Positions 28,715 through 37,305 of a DNA stretch of 64,000 nucleotides are shown one piece after another. The notes beneath the pieces were generated by a model. The model was given only the letters and a program-made list of their open reading frames with translations. It did no database searches and was not told the DNA's origin. Origin of the DNA: a virus; IMG/VR virus record IMGVR_UViG_3300028831_000035, positions 1 to 64,000 of that record; one strand, written 5' to 3'. A program made the translations under genes and the position numbers. Each line of letters begins with the position of its first letter. The stretch's first letter is position 1.

Positions 28715-29863
28715 TCACTTGGCCTTAATAGAAACACCAAGGTTTCCCGGAGACTGATCGACGAGTCGCTTTGCTTTCGATGCCGTGTCACGATCCAGTT
28801 TACCGCTCTTCAGAATCTTGTCAAGCTCTGTCACACCAATCTTGGTGTGCTGGGCTACAATCTCTGGGGGAAGAAGAGCAATGAGCTTGCGCTCATCGAG
28901 GATGACGCGACGCCCGCGACCGTGCCCAACCGACACCGAGAGCTTTCCATCTTCGGTGTCCCACTCTGTTAGGCCAATGTCGGCGGCGTACTTCATCACG
29001 AACTCTTCGTATTCTTTCTTCTGCTGTTCAGCCGCCTTGATCAAGGACTGCATTTCGTAGATCTTTGCAGCAGCTTCATCCGGCGTGCTGATCGTGTGAG
29101 TACCACCTCCGTTGACATTGTCTTTGATGCGTGGGCAGGTAGCCTTCACCGGGCAGAACCTGCATTCAGAGTTGAGCGTAGCCCGGACTTTGTTCTCCGG
29201 AGTCTGGACGATATCCTCGGCCATGTCCTTCAGGTATCGCCAGGTCTTCTTGTTATCTTCCTTCGTGAACCACACTGTCACTGGCGTGTGGCGAAGAAGG
29301 TCGAAGGTGACAGCGATACGCTTCGCGTTCGGGTACTTGATCTGGATAGCCAGCGCGTACGCCTTGGCCTGGATCTTGTTAGACAGTTCATCGAAGCTCA
29401 GCGTGGCGCGCTGCGACTTGTAGTCAACTACCTCGTACTCGTCTTCCCCGATGCGGTCGAGTCGGTCAATGATGTAGTTGAACTTGATGCGTCCTCCGGA
29501 GGTCGGGATCTCGAAGGATTCCTTCTGCTCGCACGACAGGACTTCCCTGCCTTCCATGTCCGTGCGACTGAACCACTTGTTGAGCATCTGCAGGCCGTCA
29601 TCAAACTCGGGGATAGTGTCGTCGTATCCCATCGAGGTACTGAACGCAGCCACGTAGAACATCTGCAGGTTGTCCCACTCCCACGTACCAGTCTGGTTGT
29701 AGAACTCTACGAACCGTTCCAGCGCGGCGTGACAGGTGGTTCCCAGGGCGGCAGCAAGGTTGCCACTCTCCTGGGGAACCCTGTCCATGTATTCAGCTTT
29801 CCACCGACGCATGCACTTCTCGGCGACGGACAGGCTGGATGCACTGAGTGTACGAGGAATCAT
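28715..29863 (-). CDS. PD-(D/E)xK nuclease, Cas4/RecB-family exonuclease
   Basis: 382 aa. N-terminal Cys (AEKCMRRW) plus CRFCPVKATCP gives a 4-Cys Fe-S pattern. It also has DRLDRIG..YEVVDYKS (D...ExK) and QAKAY. Confidence 0.85.
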   Translation of the reverse strand: MIPRTLSASSLSVAEKCMRRWKAEYMDRVPQESGNLAAALGTTCHAALERFVEFYNQTGTWEWDNLQMFYVAAFSTSMGYDDTIPEFDDGLQMLNKWFSRTDMEGREVLSCEQKESFEIPTSGGRIKFNYIIDRLDRIGEDEYEVVDYKSQRATLSFDELSNKIQAKAYALAIQIKYPNAKRIAVTFDLLRHTPVTVWFTKEDNKKTWRYLKDMAEDIVQTPENKVRATLNSECRFCPVKATCPRIKDNVNGGGTHTISTPDEAAAKIYEMQSLIKAAEQQKKEYEEFVMKYAADIGLTEWDTEDGKLSVSVGHGRGRRVILDERKLIALLPPEIVAQHTKIGVTELDKILKSGKLDRDTASKAKRLVDQSPGNLGVSIKAK

Positions 29864-30069
29864 TTGCGGTACTTCCCTCCCCAGACGCCGATCTTTGCGG
29901 CGATGATGTTTGCGTAACTGTCACACTTCTTTGTGACTGGGCATTCAAAGCACATCATCGCGCCAGCACTTTTGTCTTCGCCTGGCTCAGGGAAGAAGGG
30001 GTCGATGGGCTTTCCGTCCTCGTTGCGCTTTAGTTTTCCGCCAACCTTTTGACAGGCGGCTTGATCCAT
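29860..30069 (-). CDS. whiB: WhiB-family transcriptional regulator
   Basis: 69 aa. Cys6 plus C40-x2-C43-x5-C49 (MMCFECPVTKKC), and GVWGG near the C-terminus. Confidence 0.85.
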   Translation of the reverse strand: MDQAACQKVGGKLKRNEDGKPIDPFFPEPGEDKSAGAMMCFECPVTKKCDSYANIIAAKIGVWGGKYRK

Positions 30070-30323
30070 CCAGGATCGATCGGCGTGGGGCTGTCCGAGT
30101 TCGCATCCACCAACACAGGGGGCACCGGGGACTCCGCAGTCTTCGTCTCCGAACTGACCACAGACTCCGGTGCAGGTGAAGGAGCTTTTGGGACGGCGAC
30201 AGGCGTGGGTTCCGCCTTCTCCACCTCTCGCACAACGGGACGGAAGTCCTTTGTAAACTGCGTGTTCTGATCGCCACCGCCAGTCAGGATCTGGAACGGT
30301 GCGATGCGCCTAGCACCAAGCAT
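30030..30323 (-). CDS. Pro-rich hypothetical protein
   Basis: 97 aa; ATG with GGAGAG 6 nt upstream. It overlaps the whiB start by 40 nt in another frame. Confidence 0.5.
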   Translation of the reverse strand: MLGARRIAPFQILTGGGDQNTQFTKDFRPVVREVEKAEPTPVAVPKAPSPAPESVVSSETKTAESPVPPVLVDANSDSPTPIDPGWIKPPVKRLAEN

Positions 30324-30356
30324 GTAATCTCTCCATTGTCGTCTAGCCTACGGATC

Positions 30357-30384
30357 ATGCTACATGACCTGGTTGTGTTAGCAA
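30357..30384 (-). promoter_or_regulatory. candidate sigma-70-type promoter for the leftward whiB/Cas4 operon
   Basis: Minus strand: TTGCTA (30384-30379), 16 nt spacer, TAGCAT (30362-30357). Identified by eye only. Confidence 0.35.
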
Positions 30385-30402
30385 TAGGTGGGTCGGTATT
30401 AT
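30373..30402 (+). promoter_or_regulatory. candidate promoter for the rightward tail-fibre operon
   Basis: TTGTGT (30373-30378), 18 nt spacer, TATTAT (30397-30402). Its -35 abuts the -35 of the divergent promoter. Confidence 0.35.
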
Positions 30403-30475
30403 GCGAACCACAAAGCTTGATAAAACCGCTAGCTTTTAGCTACGATCGCGGAGAACTTTATTCAATGGAGCGCTG

Positions 30476-30835
30476 ATGCCGAGGCCTGCAAGTTACCCCC
30501 TGGAGTTGTACCGGGGCGACACTTACCGCAAGCGTTTCCGCCTTAACTCCAAGGCTCCTGATGGCAGTCCCGTTCCGTTGGACCTGACCGGGTGGACGGG
30601 GAAGGCTCAGATTCGGCCTGCAGTTGGCGGCATTGTGCTTGTGGAATTTACTGTGACTATCGAAGACCAGGTAGAATCACCTGGTCAGTTCACAGTGTCC
30701 GCTACAGACGAAATCACTGCTGAGATCGAGGTTACCGCAGGCGTGTGGGATGTCCAGTTCACCAAAGCTGGTGAAGTGCGAACCATGCTTGCTGGTGCCG
30801 TAGTGATTATCCCAGATGTTACGAGGCTGCCGTGA
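30476..30835 (+). CDS. hypothetical protein (beta-sandwich-like; probable virion/fibre-associated)
   Basis: 119 aa with GGAG upstream, and translationally coupled to the fibre gene. Confidence 0.7.
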   Translation: MPRPASYPLELYRGDTYRKRFRLNSKAPDGSPVPLDLTGWTGKAQIRPAVGGIVLVEFTVTIEDQVESPGQFTVSATDEITAEIEVTAGVWDVQFTKAGEVRTMLAGAVVIIPDVTRLP

Positions 30836-33800
30836 GTGAGCTTACCGACGCGACTATCATCGAGGCGGATAACCCTGAACTGGTTATCGACGTCGAGCTT
30901 GACTACGTCGCCATCCCAGGACCGCAGGGAGAGCCGGGAGAAGATGGTCCCCCAGGTGCAGGTATTCTTTCCGGATCGGGAGCGCCAAGCAACGGGCTCG
31001 GAAACAACGGCGACTTTTATCTCGATTACACGAACTCCGTTCTGTACGGACCTAAGAGCAGTGGTACCTGGCCGTCCGGCCATTCACTTGTCGGTCCCGA
31101 AGGCGACCCAGGAACTCCGGGAACACCAGGGTCGCCCGGCAGCACAGGTCCTGCGGGGACTTCTATTCTTAGCGGTGCGGGCTCTCCTGGTGGAGGCGTC
31201 GGGAACAACGGCGACTTCTACATTAACATCTCCAACTGGAACCTTCACGGCCCTAAGTCGGGCGGCGTATGGCCAGCAGGTGTTAGCCTCATTGGACCGG
31301 CTGGTGAAGACGGAGAAGACGGCGAGTTCGTAGGTAACACTGTTCTGTATGGAAGTGCCGCCCCGACCACCGAAGGATCGAACGGCGACTTCTATATCAA
31401 GACGACCGACCCGAAGACCATCTATGGCCCGAAGGCTAGTGGCACCTGGCCCTCTGGCACGAGCCTCGTCGGCCCGCAGGGTATCCAGGGAACTACCGGT
31501 ACGACTGGTACGCCAGGTACGAACGGTGTCGACGGACGTACTATTCTTTACGGTGGCTCTAACCCAGGTTCTGGCGTTGGCGCCAACGGTGACTTTTACA
31601 TCAACACGAACACCAGTACTCTCTTCGGACCGAAGGCTTCTGGTGCGTGGCCGGGCGGCATTTCCCTCATCGGGCCGCAGGGTGGTACCGGTTCCCCCGG
31701 CGCAAATGGAAGCACAGTGCTCTCCGGTACGGCTGCCCCCACTACGGAGGGCGCCAACGGAGATTTCTACATTCGTACTTCCAACTCGTCGATCTACGGC
31801 CCGAAGACTGGCGGTGCTTGGGGATCGCCAACCAGCTTGATCGGTGCGACTGGCACCGCGGGTAATACGATTCTGAACGGAACGACCGCACCAAGCAATG
31901 GAGTAGGAAACAACGGCGACTTCTATATCCGAACCGATACAGCTCAGCTGTATGGACCTAAGGCGGCTGGCGCGTGGCCGGGGACTCCGACAGAGTTGAA
32001 GGGTCCGCAAGGTGACCAGGGTATCCCGGGCACCACGGGTTCGGCAGGAACCAATGGTAATACTATCCTTTCTGGCACTTCTAACCCTGGCGGTGGCACA
32101 GGAGTCAACGGAGACTTCTTTATCAACACCGCAACGAGTACCATCTTCGGTCCCAAAGCATCAGGCTCGTGGCCTGGTGGAGTAAGTCTGGTTGGTCCTC
32201 AAGGTACGACTGGTAACACTGGTCCCACCGGCAACCAGCTTCTTCATGGCACCGCAGTCCCGACCACCGAGGGCGTTAACGGAGACTTCTACCTGCGGAC
32301 CACGACCAGTGATCTGTATGGGCCGAAGACGTCTGGCGCTTGGGGTAGCCCTACTAACCTCATCGGGCCGCAGGGTCCGGCTGGTTCTGGTGGGTCGGGC
32401 GGAGGTGGGCCGATCTACTACCTGTGCGCGACTGATGCTAGTACCAGTGAAAAGGCAAAAGCATCTGTAGTTTGCGACGGCACTGCAGACAACACTGACT
32501 TTGTCACGGCGATTGCTGCCTGCCAGACATTTGGTATCAAGCTGGTGTTGAGCAGTGGCACCTTCGCCTTCGCTGCACAGGTTGCTATTACTGGACCTGG
32601 CGATGTCGATGTGGAGACTTACGAAGTCTACATCGATGGCCAGGGGCCTGGTCGAACCACCATCCAGCTTGCCAACAACGTAGCGTCCGCCTTCCACATC
32701 AGTGGAGTTGCTCGTGTTCACATGAGCAACTTCCGTATCACGGTGTCTGGATCTTCGCACGGCATCTCGGCCGCAGCCACCCAGACGTCAACGGCTGGTT
32801 ACCGATCCTTCTGGTTGTCTTCGTTCAAGAACCTCCAGATCATCGGAACTTGGGACGGCAACCACACCGGCTGGGGAATGCACCTCGGCTCGCCGTTCCG
32901 GTCGGTGTTCGAGAACATTGACATCGGTGGAACTGGCAACGGCATTCGGTGCTTCTCCGAGAACACGAACTTCAACCCGGGCGACTGCACGTTCACCCGA
33001 GTCTTCATCGACTTGGCTGGTAACAACAAGATCGCCTACCAGATTGACTCTACCACTACTGGTGGAGTCATGAACCAGATCACATTCAACATGTGCGAAG
33101 CGATTGCTTCGGGAACTGGTTGCACTGGTATTCTGATCGGCGGCACTGGCGGAACGCCTGGCCCCTCAAACCACCACAAGTTCTGGGGTACCAACCTGGA
33201 GCAGTTCGATAAGCTCGTTGAGATCAGTCGTGGTGAAGGTAACATCATCGACTGTAACTACGTCGAGACTCGAGCCGCTGCAAACAATGTCGCGTTCACC
33301 CTGGGTGCGAACTCGTTCAACAACAGGGTTTCGGCTGGGTTCATCTACTTCGCTTCGGCTCTTACCCAGTACCTTTACACCGACGGGAACACGATCTTCC
33401 CGTACCAGCCGAACATCATTGAGAAAGTCAAGATCTACGCCGACTCTACCTCGGTAGTTACGAAGACCGAGAATACTGCGGGCACGACTGTGTCACGCGA
33501 TATTGTGGTGGAAGGGTCTGGCAACGGGTCTGCCGTTCTTCGCGGTCCGAAGACTGGCATGGACGGCCCGCCTGTTGTTATCACCTACGCTGCCACAATC
33601 TCGCCGGACGCGAGGGCTGGTCGTGACTTTGAGTGCACTGCTACCGGTGCGCTTACGATCAACGGACCCGCCAACCCCACCCACGGACAGAAGGTATTCT
33701 TCTACATCACAGCCTCGGGGGCGAACCGTACCGTTACCCTGGCAACCGGTGCAGGTAACTTCAAGTTCGGCTCCGATATTACTGCACTGACTGCCACTGT

Positions 33801-33885
33801 GTCTGGAACGACGGACATGATTGGTGCAGTCTATAACAGTACTGCCAACAGGTGGTACGTGAACGCCTACGTGAAGGGATTCTGA
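30832..33885 (+). CDS. tail fibre / tailspike: collagen-like plus 8x NGDFY repeat shaft and a C-terminal right-handed beta-helix (depolymerase-like)
   Basis: 1017 aa. Gly-X-Y runs alternate with [IL]LxGxxxPxxxxGxNGDFY[IL]xxxxxxx[LI][YF]GPKxxGxW units. Aa 530-1017 have the Gly/Asn/Thr-rich periodicity typical of pectate-lyase-fold tailspikes. Confidence 0.85.
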   Translation: MSELTDATIIEADNPELVIDVELDYVAIPGPQGEPGEDGPPGAGILSGSGAPSNGLGNNGDFYLDYTNSVLYGPKSSGTWPSGHSLVGPEGDPGTPGTPGSPGSTGPAGTSILSGAGSPGGGVGNNGDFYINISNWNLHGPKSGGVWPAGVSLIGPAGEDGEDGEFVGNTVLYGSAAPTTEGSNGDFYIKTTDPKTIYGPKASGTWPSGTSLVGPQGIQGTTGTTGTPGTNGVDGRTILYGGSNPGSGVGANGDFYINTNTSTLFGPKASGAWPGGISLIGPQGGTGSPGANGSTVLSGTAAPTTEGANGDFYIRTSNSSIYGPKTGGAWGSPTSLIGATGTAGNTILNGTTAPSNGVGNNGDFYIRTDTAQLYGPKAAGAWPGTPTELKGPQGDQGIPGTTGSAGTNGNTILSGTSNPGGGTGVNGDFFINTATSTIFGPKASGSWPGGVSLVGPQGTTGNTGPTGNQLLHGTAVPTTEGVNGDFYLRTTTSDLYGPKTSGAWGSPTNLIGPQGPAGSGGSGGGGPIYYLCATDASTSEKAKASVVCDGTADNTDFVTAIAACQTFGIKLVLSSGTFAFAAQVAITGPGDVDVETYEVYIDGQGPGRTTIQLANNVASAFHISGVARVHMSNFRITVSGSSHGISAAATQTSTAGYRSFWLSSFKNLQIIGTWDGNHTGWGMHLGSPFRSVFENIDIGGTGNGIRCFSENTNFNPGDCTFTRVFIDLAGNNKIAYQIDSTTTGGVMNQITFNMCEAIASGTGCTGILIGGTGGTPGPSNHHKFWGTNLEQFDKLVEISRGEGNIIDCNYVETRAAANNVAFTLGANSFNNRVSAGFIYFASALTQYLYTDGNTIFPYQPNIIEKVKIYADSTSVVTKTENTAGTTVSRDIVVEGSGNGSAVLRGPKTGMDGPPVVITYAATISPDARAGRDFECTATGALTINGPANPTHGQKVFFYITASGANRTVTLATGAGNFKFGSDITALTATVSGTTDMIGAVYNSTANRWYVNAYVKGF
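30916..32409 (+). repeat. in-frame tandem protein-coding repeats (8 units of 52-68 codons)
   Basis: The NGDF[YF] motif occurs at aa 59, 126, 184, 252, 309, 361, 426 and 483 of the fibre protein. Each unit is separated by collagen-like GXY triplets. Confidence 0.85.
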
Positions 33886-33927
33886 TTTTGACTGGCCGCC
33901 CCTTCCAGAGTAGGATAAGTAATCGCC

Positions 33928-35268
33928 GTGACAGCTAGATTTTACTTTAACGACGTGGCCGCAGCTGGCACGGCGGTTACGTCAAAGAATACCTGGACAG
34001 TAAACAACGGAACCCCAGCTATTGCTGCAAACAAGCAGCTCGGCCTTCAGGCTATGGGACCACAGGCTGCCAGTGCCAACGCTAGCCTTGTAACGAATGT
34101 TCAGCCTGGAGCTACTACCGCTGGACGGACCGTACAGGTCGGACGCTGGGTAAGTCCAGCTGCGATAAATGCAGGTAGTCTTGGCGGAACTCTTAACTAC
34201 TTGATTGGCGCTTACGAGAACGCTGCTGGCCTGAACGCAGCTCCGTGCATTAATGTGTGGATTACAGACGGAGATAGTAATACACAGAAGCACGCTATCT
34301 TCAATAATACTTCCTCGGCAACCACTGAAGTAGGTACTACAAACACAACCAGTGGATTTGCGAGCGGTACACTTTCTATCAGTGGCGGCCCTTACGCAAT
34401 TGCTGTCGGTGACAGAATCGTCATTGAAGTGGGCTATAGGATTCACACCACTGCCGGTTCCGCTACGCAGTTCTTCTCAATGTATTATGGGAACCCTCAA
34501 ATACTTAATCCAGAGGGTACTAACTACATTCCCACATCTGATGCAGCTGCCACTGATCTCGCAACAACTACTACAAATAACGGGAATCTTTATCCAGGTT
34601 GGGTAGACTTTTCTGGCGCTGACGGTATCTGGTCCACAAAGTTTGAATCAGTATCAGACGACTTTGATGACAATACGATTGGCGCACTGTGGCCAAATAG
34701 TTACGGTACTTACAAAGAAGAAGATGGCATGGCGCAGGTTGGCGCCAACCAGAATGAATATTCTGGTATCTTCATGGAACGAAAGTACAGTATCCGTAAC
34801 AGCCAACTGATAATTAACCTTAAAGGAGTTATTGCAACTTCAGCTGGCTCTCAGGTCTGGACTTCGCTCACGATCAGCTCGCCGGTTACTGGATCGTCAA
34901 TGGAGCACTTTATTGACATCAAAAACAACCTCATGCAGTGGCGAGACAACAAGGATTACAGTGATACCGGAACCCCTGCCAGCCTAAACTACTCATCTAA
35001 TGTGGCCGCGCTTGCATGGCTTCGTATTCGAGAAGCCTCAGATATCTTGTACTTTGAGACAAGTCCCACTGGTTATGATCAGTGGACTATTAGGAGGCAG
35101 GTGAATACGCACGGCTGGATGCGGTATCAGAACCTTGCGGTAATCCTGCAGGCATACCGTAACGGGGCAGAGACTACGGACTATGCAAAGTGGGACAACT
35201 TCAACATAACTCCCACCGCCCCCGGACCAAGTGCAGTTCGTACCGGCGCCTTCCTGCACGCCGCGTAA
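33928..35268 (+). CDS. hypothetical protein (possible receptor-binding / lectin-like fibre partner)
   Basis: 446 aa; GTG start. GC is noticeably lower than in neighbouring genes. The composition is Thr/Asn/Ser/Gly-rich, as in beta-rich proteins. Confidence 0.65.
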   Translation: MTARFYFNDVAAAGTAVTSKNTWTVNNGTPAIAANKQLGLQAMGPQAASANASLVTNVQPGATTAGRTVQVGRWVSPAAINAGSLGGTLNYLIGAYENAAGLNAAPCINVWITDGDSNTQKHAIFNNTSSATTEVGTTNTTSGFASGTLSISGGPYAIAVGDRIVIEVGYRIHTTAGSATQFFSMYYGNPQILNPEGTNYIPTSDAAATDLATTTTNNGNLYPGWVDFSGADGIWSTKFESVSDDFDDNTIGALWPNSYGTYKEEDGMAQVGANQNEYSGIFMERKYSIRNSQLIINLKGVIATSAGSQVWTSLTISSPVTGSSMEHFIDIKNNLMQWRDNKDYSDTGTPASLNYSSNVAALAWLRIREASDILYFETSPTGYDQWTIRRQVNTHGWMRYQNLAVILQAYRNGAETTDYAKWDNFNITPTAPGPSAVRTGAFLHAA

Positions 35269-35273
35269 GAAGA

Positions 35274-35302
35274 AAATCCCCCAGTCAATGACTGGGGGAT
35301 TT
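35274..35302. terminator. bidirectional terminator
   Basis: AAATCCCCCAGTC-AAT-GACTGGGGGATTT lies between convergent genes. It has an A-run on one side and a T-run on the other. Confidence 0.75.
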
Positions 35303-35304
35303 CT

Positions 35305-35700
35305 CTATGCCTCAGGATTGAGGGGCTCCAGTTCGGACGGCGGAGCCAACTCTACTGGCCCCGATCCTTCAAGCGCTTCATTGACCTGCCCGAGGTTGAT
35401 ACCCCCGTCCACGATCCAGCGCTTGTTCCCGTTGACCGGGTCTGTGACGAGGAGACTTTCACTCCCTTCCGGTAGGTCGAATATTTCCGACTGTCCGGAT
35501 TCGAGGAGGTGGTGGTTGTACTTTGCTCGCACGTAGTTTTGCGTTGTGTCTGCAGGGCCTGTCGCACTATACTTCTGATTGCACGAACAAACGATGATAG
35601 ACTCTTCACGACGTGCGCGTCCTCCTCGGGGGCGGGTTTCCTCGAAACGAACCTCATGAAACAGCGGAGGTTCTTCCGACGCGGGAACGGGCTCGGTCAT
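35305..35700 (-). CDS. hypothetical protein (VCxC motif)
   Basis: 131 aa. Shares the R..R..IIVCSCNQKYS motif with the next gene. Confidence 0.6.
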   Translation of the reverse strand: MTEPVPASEEPPLFHEVRFEETRPRGGRARREESIIVCSCNQKYSATGPADTTQNYVRAKYNHHLLESGQSEIFDLPEGSESLLVTDPVNGNKRWIVDGGINLGQVNEALEGSGPVELAPPSELEPLNPEA

Positions 35701-35711
35701 TGCGCCTCATC

Positions 35712-35927
35712 TTATCCAACTGACAGTGTGTGATTGGTGAGCTTGTCGAATCCAAGGAGCATGATCAAAGGATCCTTGGTCAGCATCGTGAACTTCTTGC
35801 CACAGTTGCAAACTGCGATACGCTTAGTGCGCCCAGTCTTTGCACGCTGCACCTGCAGGTAATCCCTGTGTGTGGTGTGTACGTGAATCCCAAGTCCGCC
35901 AAGGTCGAGGTTGAGTTGAAGTGGCAT
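35712..35927 (-). CDS. hypothetical protein (VCxC motif paralogue)
   Basis: 71 aa with the GRTKRIAVCNCGKKFT motif. Confidence 0.55.
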   Translation of the reverse strand: MPLQLNLDLGGLGIHVHTTHRDYLQVQRAKTGRTKRIAVCNCGKKFTMLTKDPLIMLLGFDKLTNHTLSVG

Positions 35928-35961
35928 GGCTCGCTCTCCTCCGTGGTGTTCGTGGCTGGGG

Positions 35962-36354
35962 TTATTTAGTTATACTACTGACATACCCATCGTAGTGTAT
36001 CTTGAAACGAGCGGGTGCAGTGTAGTGCTTGATTGTCATGTCAGTATCTGGAACTTTCTGCCATGACGCCTGCTTGATTGTTTGGGCTACCTTCTCCTCT
36101 TCGGTCAAAGGTTTGGGTGGATCTTTGTAGTACTCTATAAGAGAGTAGAGATCCGACTGTACGGAATCAAATCCTACCAGACCACCGGTAAATCCTCGAA
36201 TAGGATTTGGGTCCGGGATGTATTCCATGTAAGTGTTGTACGAGCCTGTCCACTGGGATTCGTTGATCCGAAACTCTTCGAGTAGCTCGAAGAGTTTATC
36301 CGGAAGCTCGAACCCCTCATCCCACTGGCCAGTCTCTGGATTGAACTCAGCCAT
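35962..36354 (-). CDS. hypothetical protein
   Basis: 130 aa, in the AT-richer segment. Confidence 0.65.
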   Translation of the reverse strand: MAEFNPETGQWDEGFELPDKLFELLEEFRINESQWTGSYNTYMEYIPDPNPIRGFTGGLVGFDSVQSDLYSLIEYYKDPPKPLTEEEKVAQTIKQASWQKVPDTDMTIKHYTAPARFKIHYDGYVSSITK

Positions 36355-36592
36355 CGGGCGGGGTCCAACCCAGTCCGACTAGAAACTTCGCAAGGTCGTC
36401 TTCGATTACAATCTTCGCCCGGCCACGAAACAGGGACGTTTGCGGGGCGAACTCAAGTTCCAGTTCGACTGGCTCGTTAGCGTCGAGACGAACGATCGCG
36501 TTACGGAGGAACTTCGAGATATCCTGTCCGTTGACTATGACAGTATGATTGACTCCGTCTGACATAATCCCTACGTTGGCAATCTTGCTCAA
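36347..36592 (-). CDS. hypothetical protein
   Basis: 81 aa, coupled to its neighbours by short overlaps. Confidence 0.65.
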   Translation of the reverse strand: MSKIANVGIMSDGVNHTVIVNGQDISKFLRNAIVRLDANEPVELELEFAPQTSLFRGRAKIVIEDDLAKFLVGLGWTPPDG

Positions 36593-37305
36593 AACAATCC
36601 ACCTCCCTGCTCGCGCGCCAGTCGTTCATCGGCTAGCTTGAAGTTCTTCTCGTCGTACTCAACACAAAGACAGTTGCGGTTAGTACTGTGCGCAGCAACA
36701 GCCAGGCTACCGCTACCACCAAAGGGGTCGACAATCAGGTCTCCCTCATTGGTTGAGTGCCTGATGAGTGTCTGTAGTAGAGGTTGGGGTTTTTCGTGAG
36801 GATGAATGAGCTTGTCGGGCCGAATCTGGGGATAATGGAGTACGAAGTTACGACGCTGATCGGAAGCCTCGCGACCTCCTCTTTTGTAATAGAGGATATA
36901 TTCCATGCCCATCCCCCAAGTGTTGAGGTCGCCCATACCAGGGCCGTCCTTCTGCCAGACCCCAATTGCCTTGCGGCTGTATCGATAGTCGCCAAATAGA
37001 GTGCGAGTATTGGTAAGCCACAGCTCAAGCACCTGCCATGACGTGAAGACGTAGATGTCCGATTCGTCCCGCATCTTGGGCATGGCAGTCTCCATCGCGC
37101 CACTGAACACCTCCCATGCTTTCTCGGGCGATTCGTCGTTGGCAATCTTGCGAGCGTACTGCTTTCCCTCAGCCGTCTTCGCCATGTTGGACTTGTTGTC
37201 CACCCCGAAGGGCGGGTCAGTGATAATCGAGGCCACTGACCCGTCCTTCAGTTTCTTCAGCACATCCCGGCAGTCGCCGTGCCGAATGACTTGGTGCGTC
37301 ACCAC
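36589..37305 (-). CDS. DNA methyltransferase (N6-adenine/N4-cytosine family, beta class)
   Basis: 238 aa. Motif IV IITDPPFG precedes motif I VDPFGGSGS. Confidence 0.9.
   Translation of the reverse strand: MVTHQVIRHGDCRDVLKKLKDGSVASIITDPPFGVDNKSNMAKTAEGKQYARKIANDESPEKAWEVFSGAMETAMPKMRDESDIYVFTSWQVLELWLTNTRTLFGDYRYSRKAIGVWQKDGPGMGDLNTWGMGMEYILYYKRGGREASDQRRNFVLHYPQIRPDKLIHPHEKPQPLLQTLIRHSTNEGDLIVDPFGGSGSLAVAAHSTNRNCLCVEYDEKNFKLADERLAREQGGGLF

Noticed and set aside
28618-28737. 39-aa hydrophobic ORF on the minus strand (MFLLRPSDDQFIWVWFYLVAGTALIELGLILVLLWEVTH) downstream of the Cas4-like gene
   Set aside because: It has a plausible TM helix. However, it has no RBS, its GTG start lies inside the upstream gene, and it runs into the terminator tail. 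It is too weak to call.
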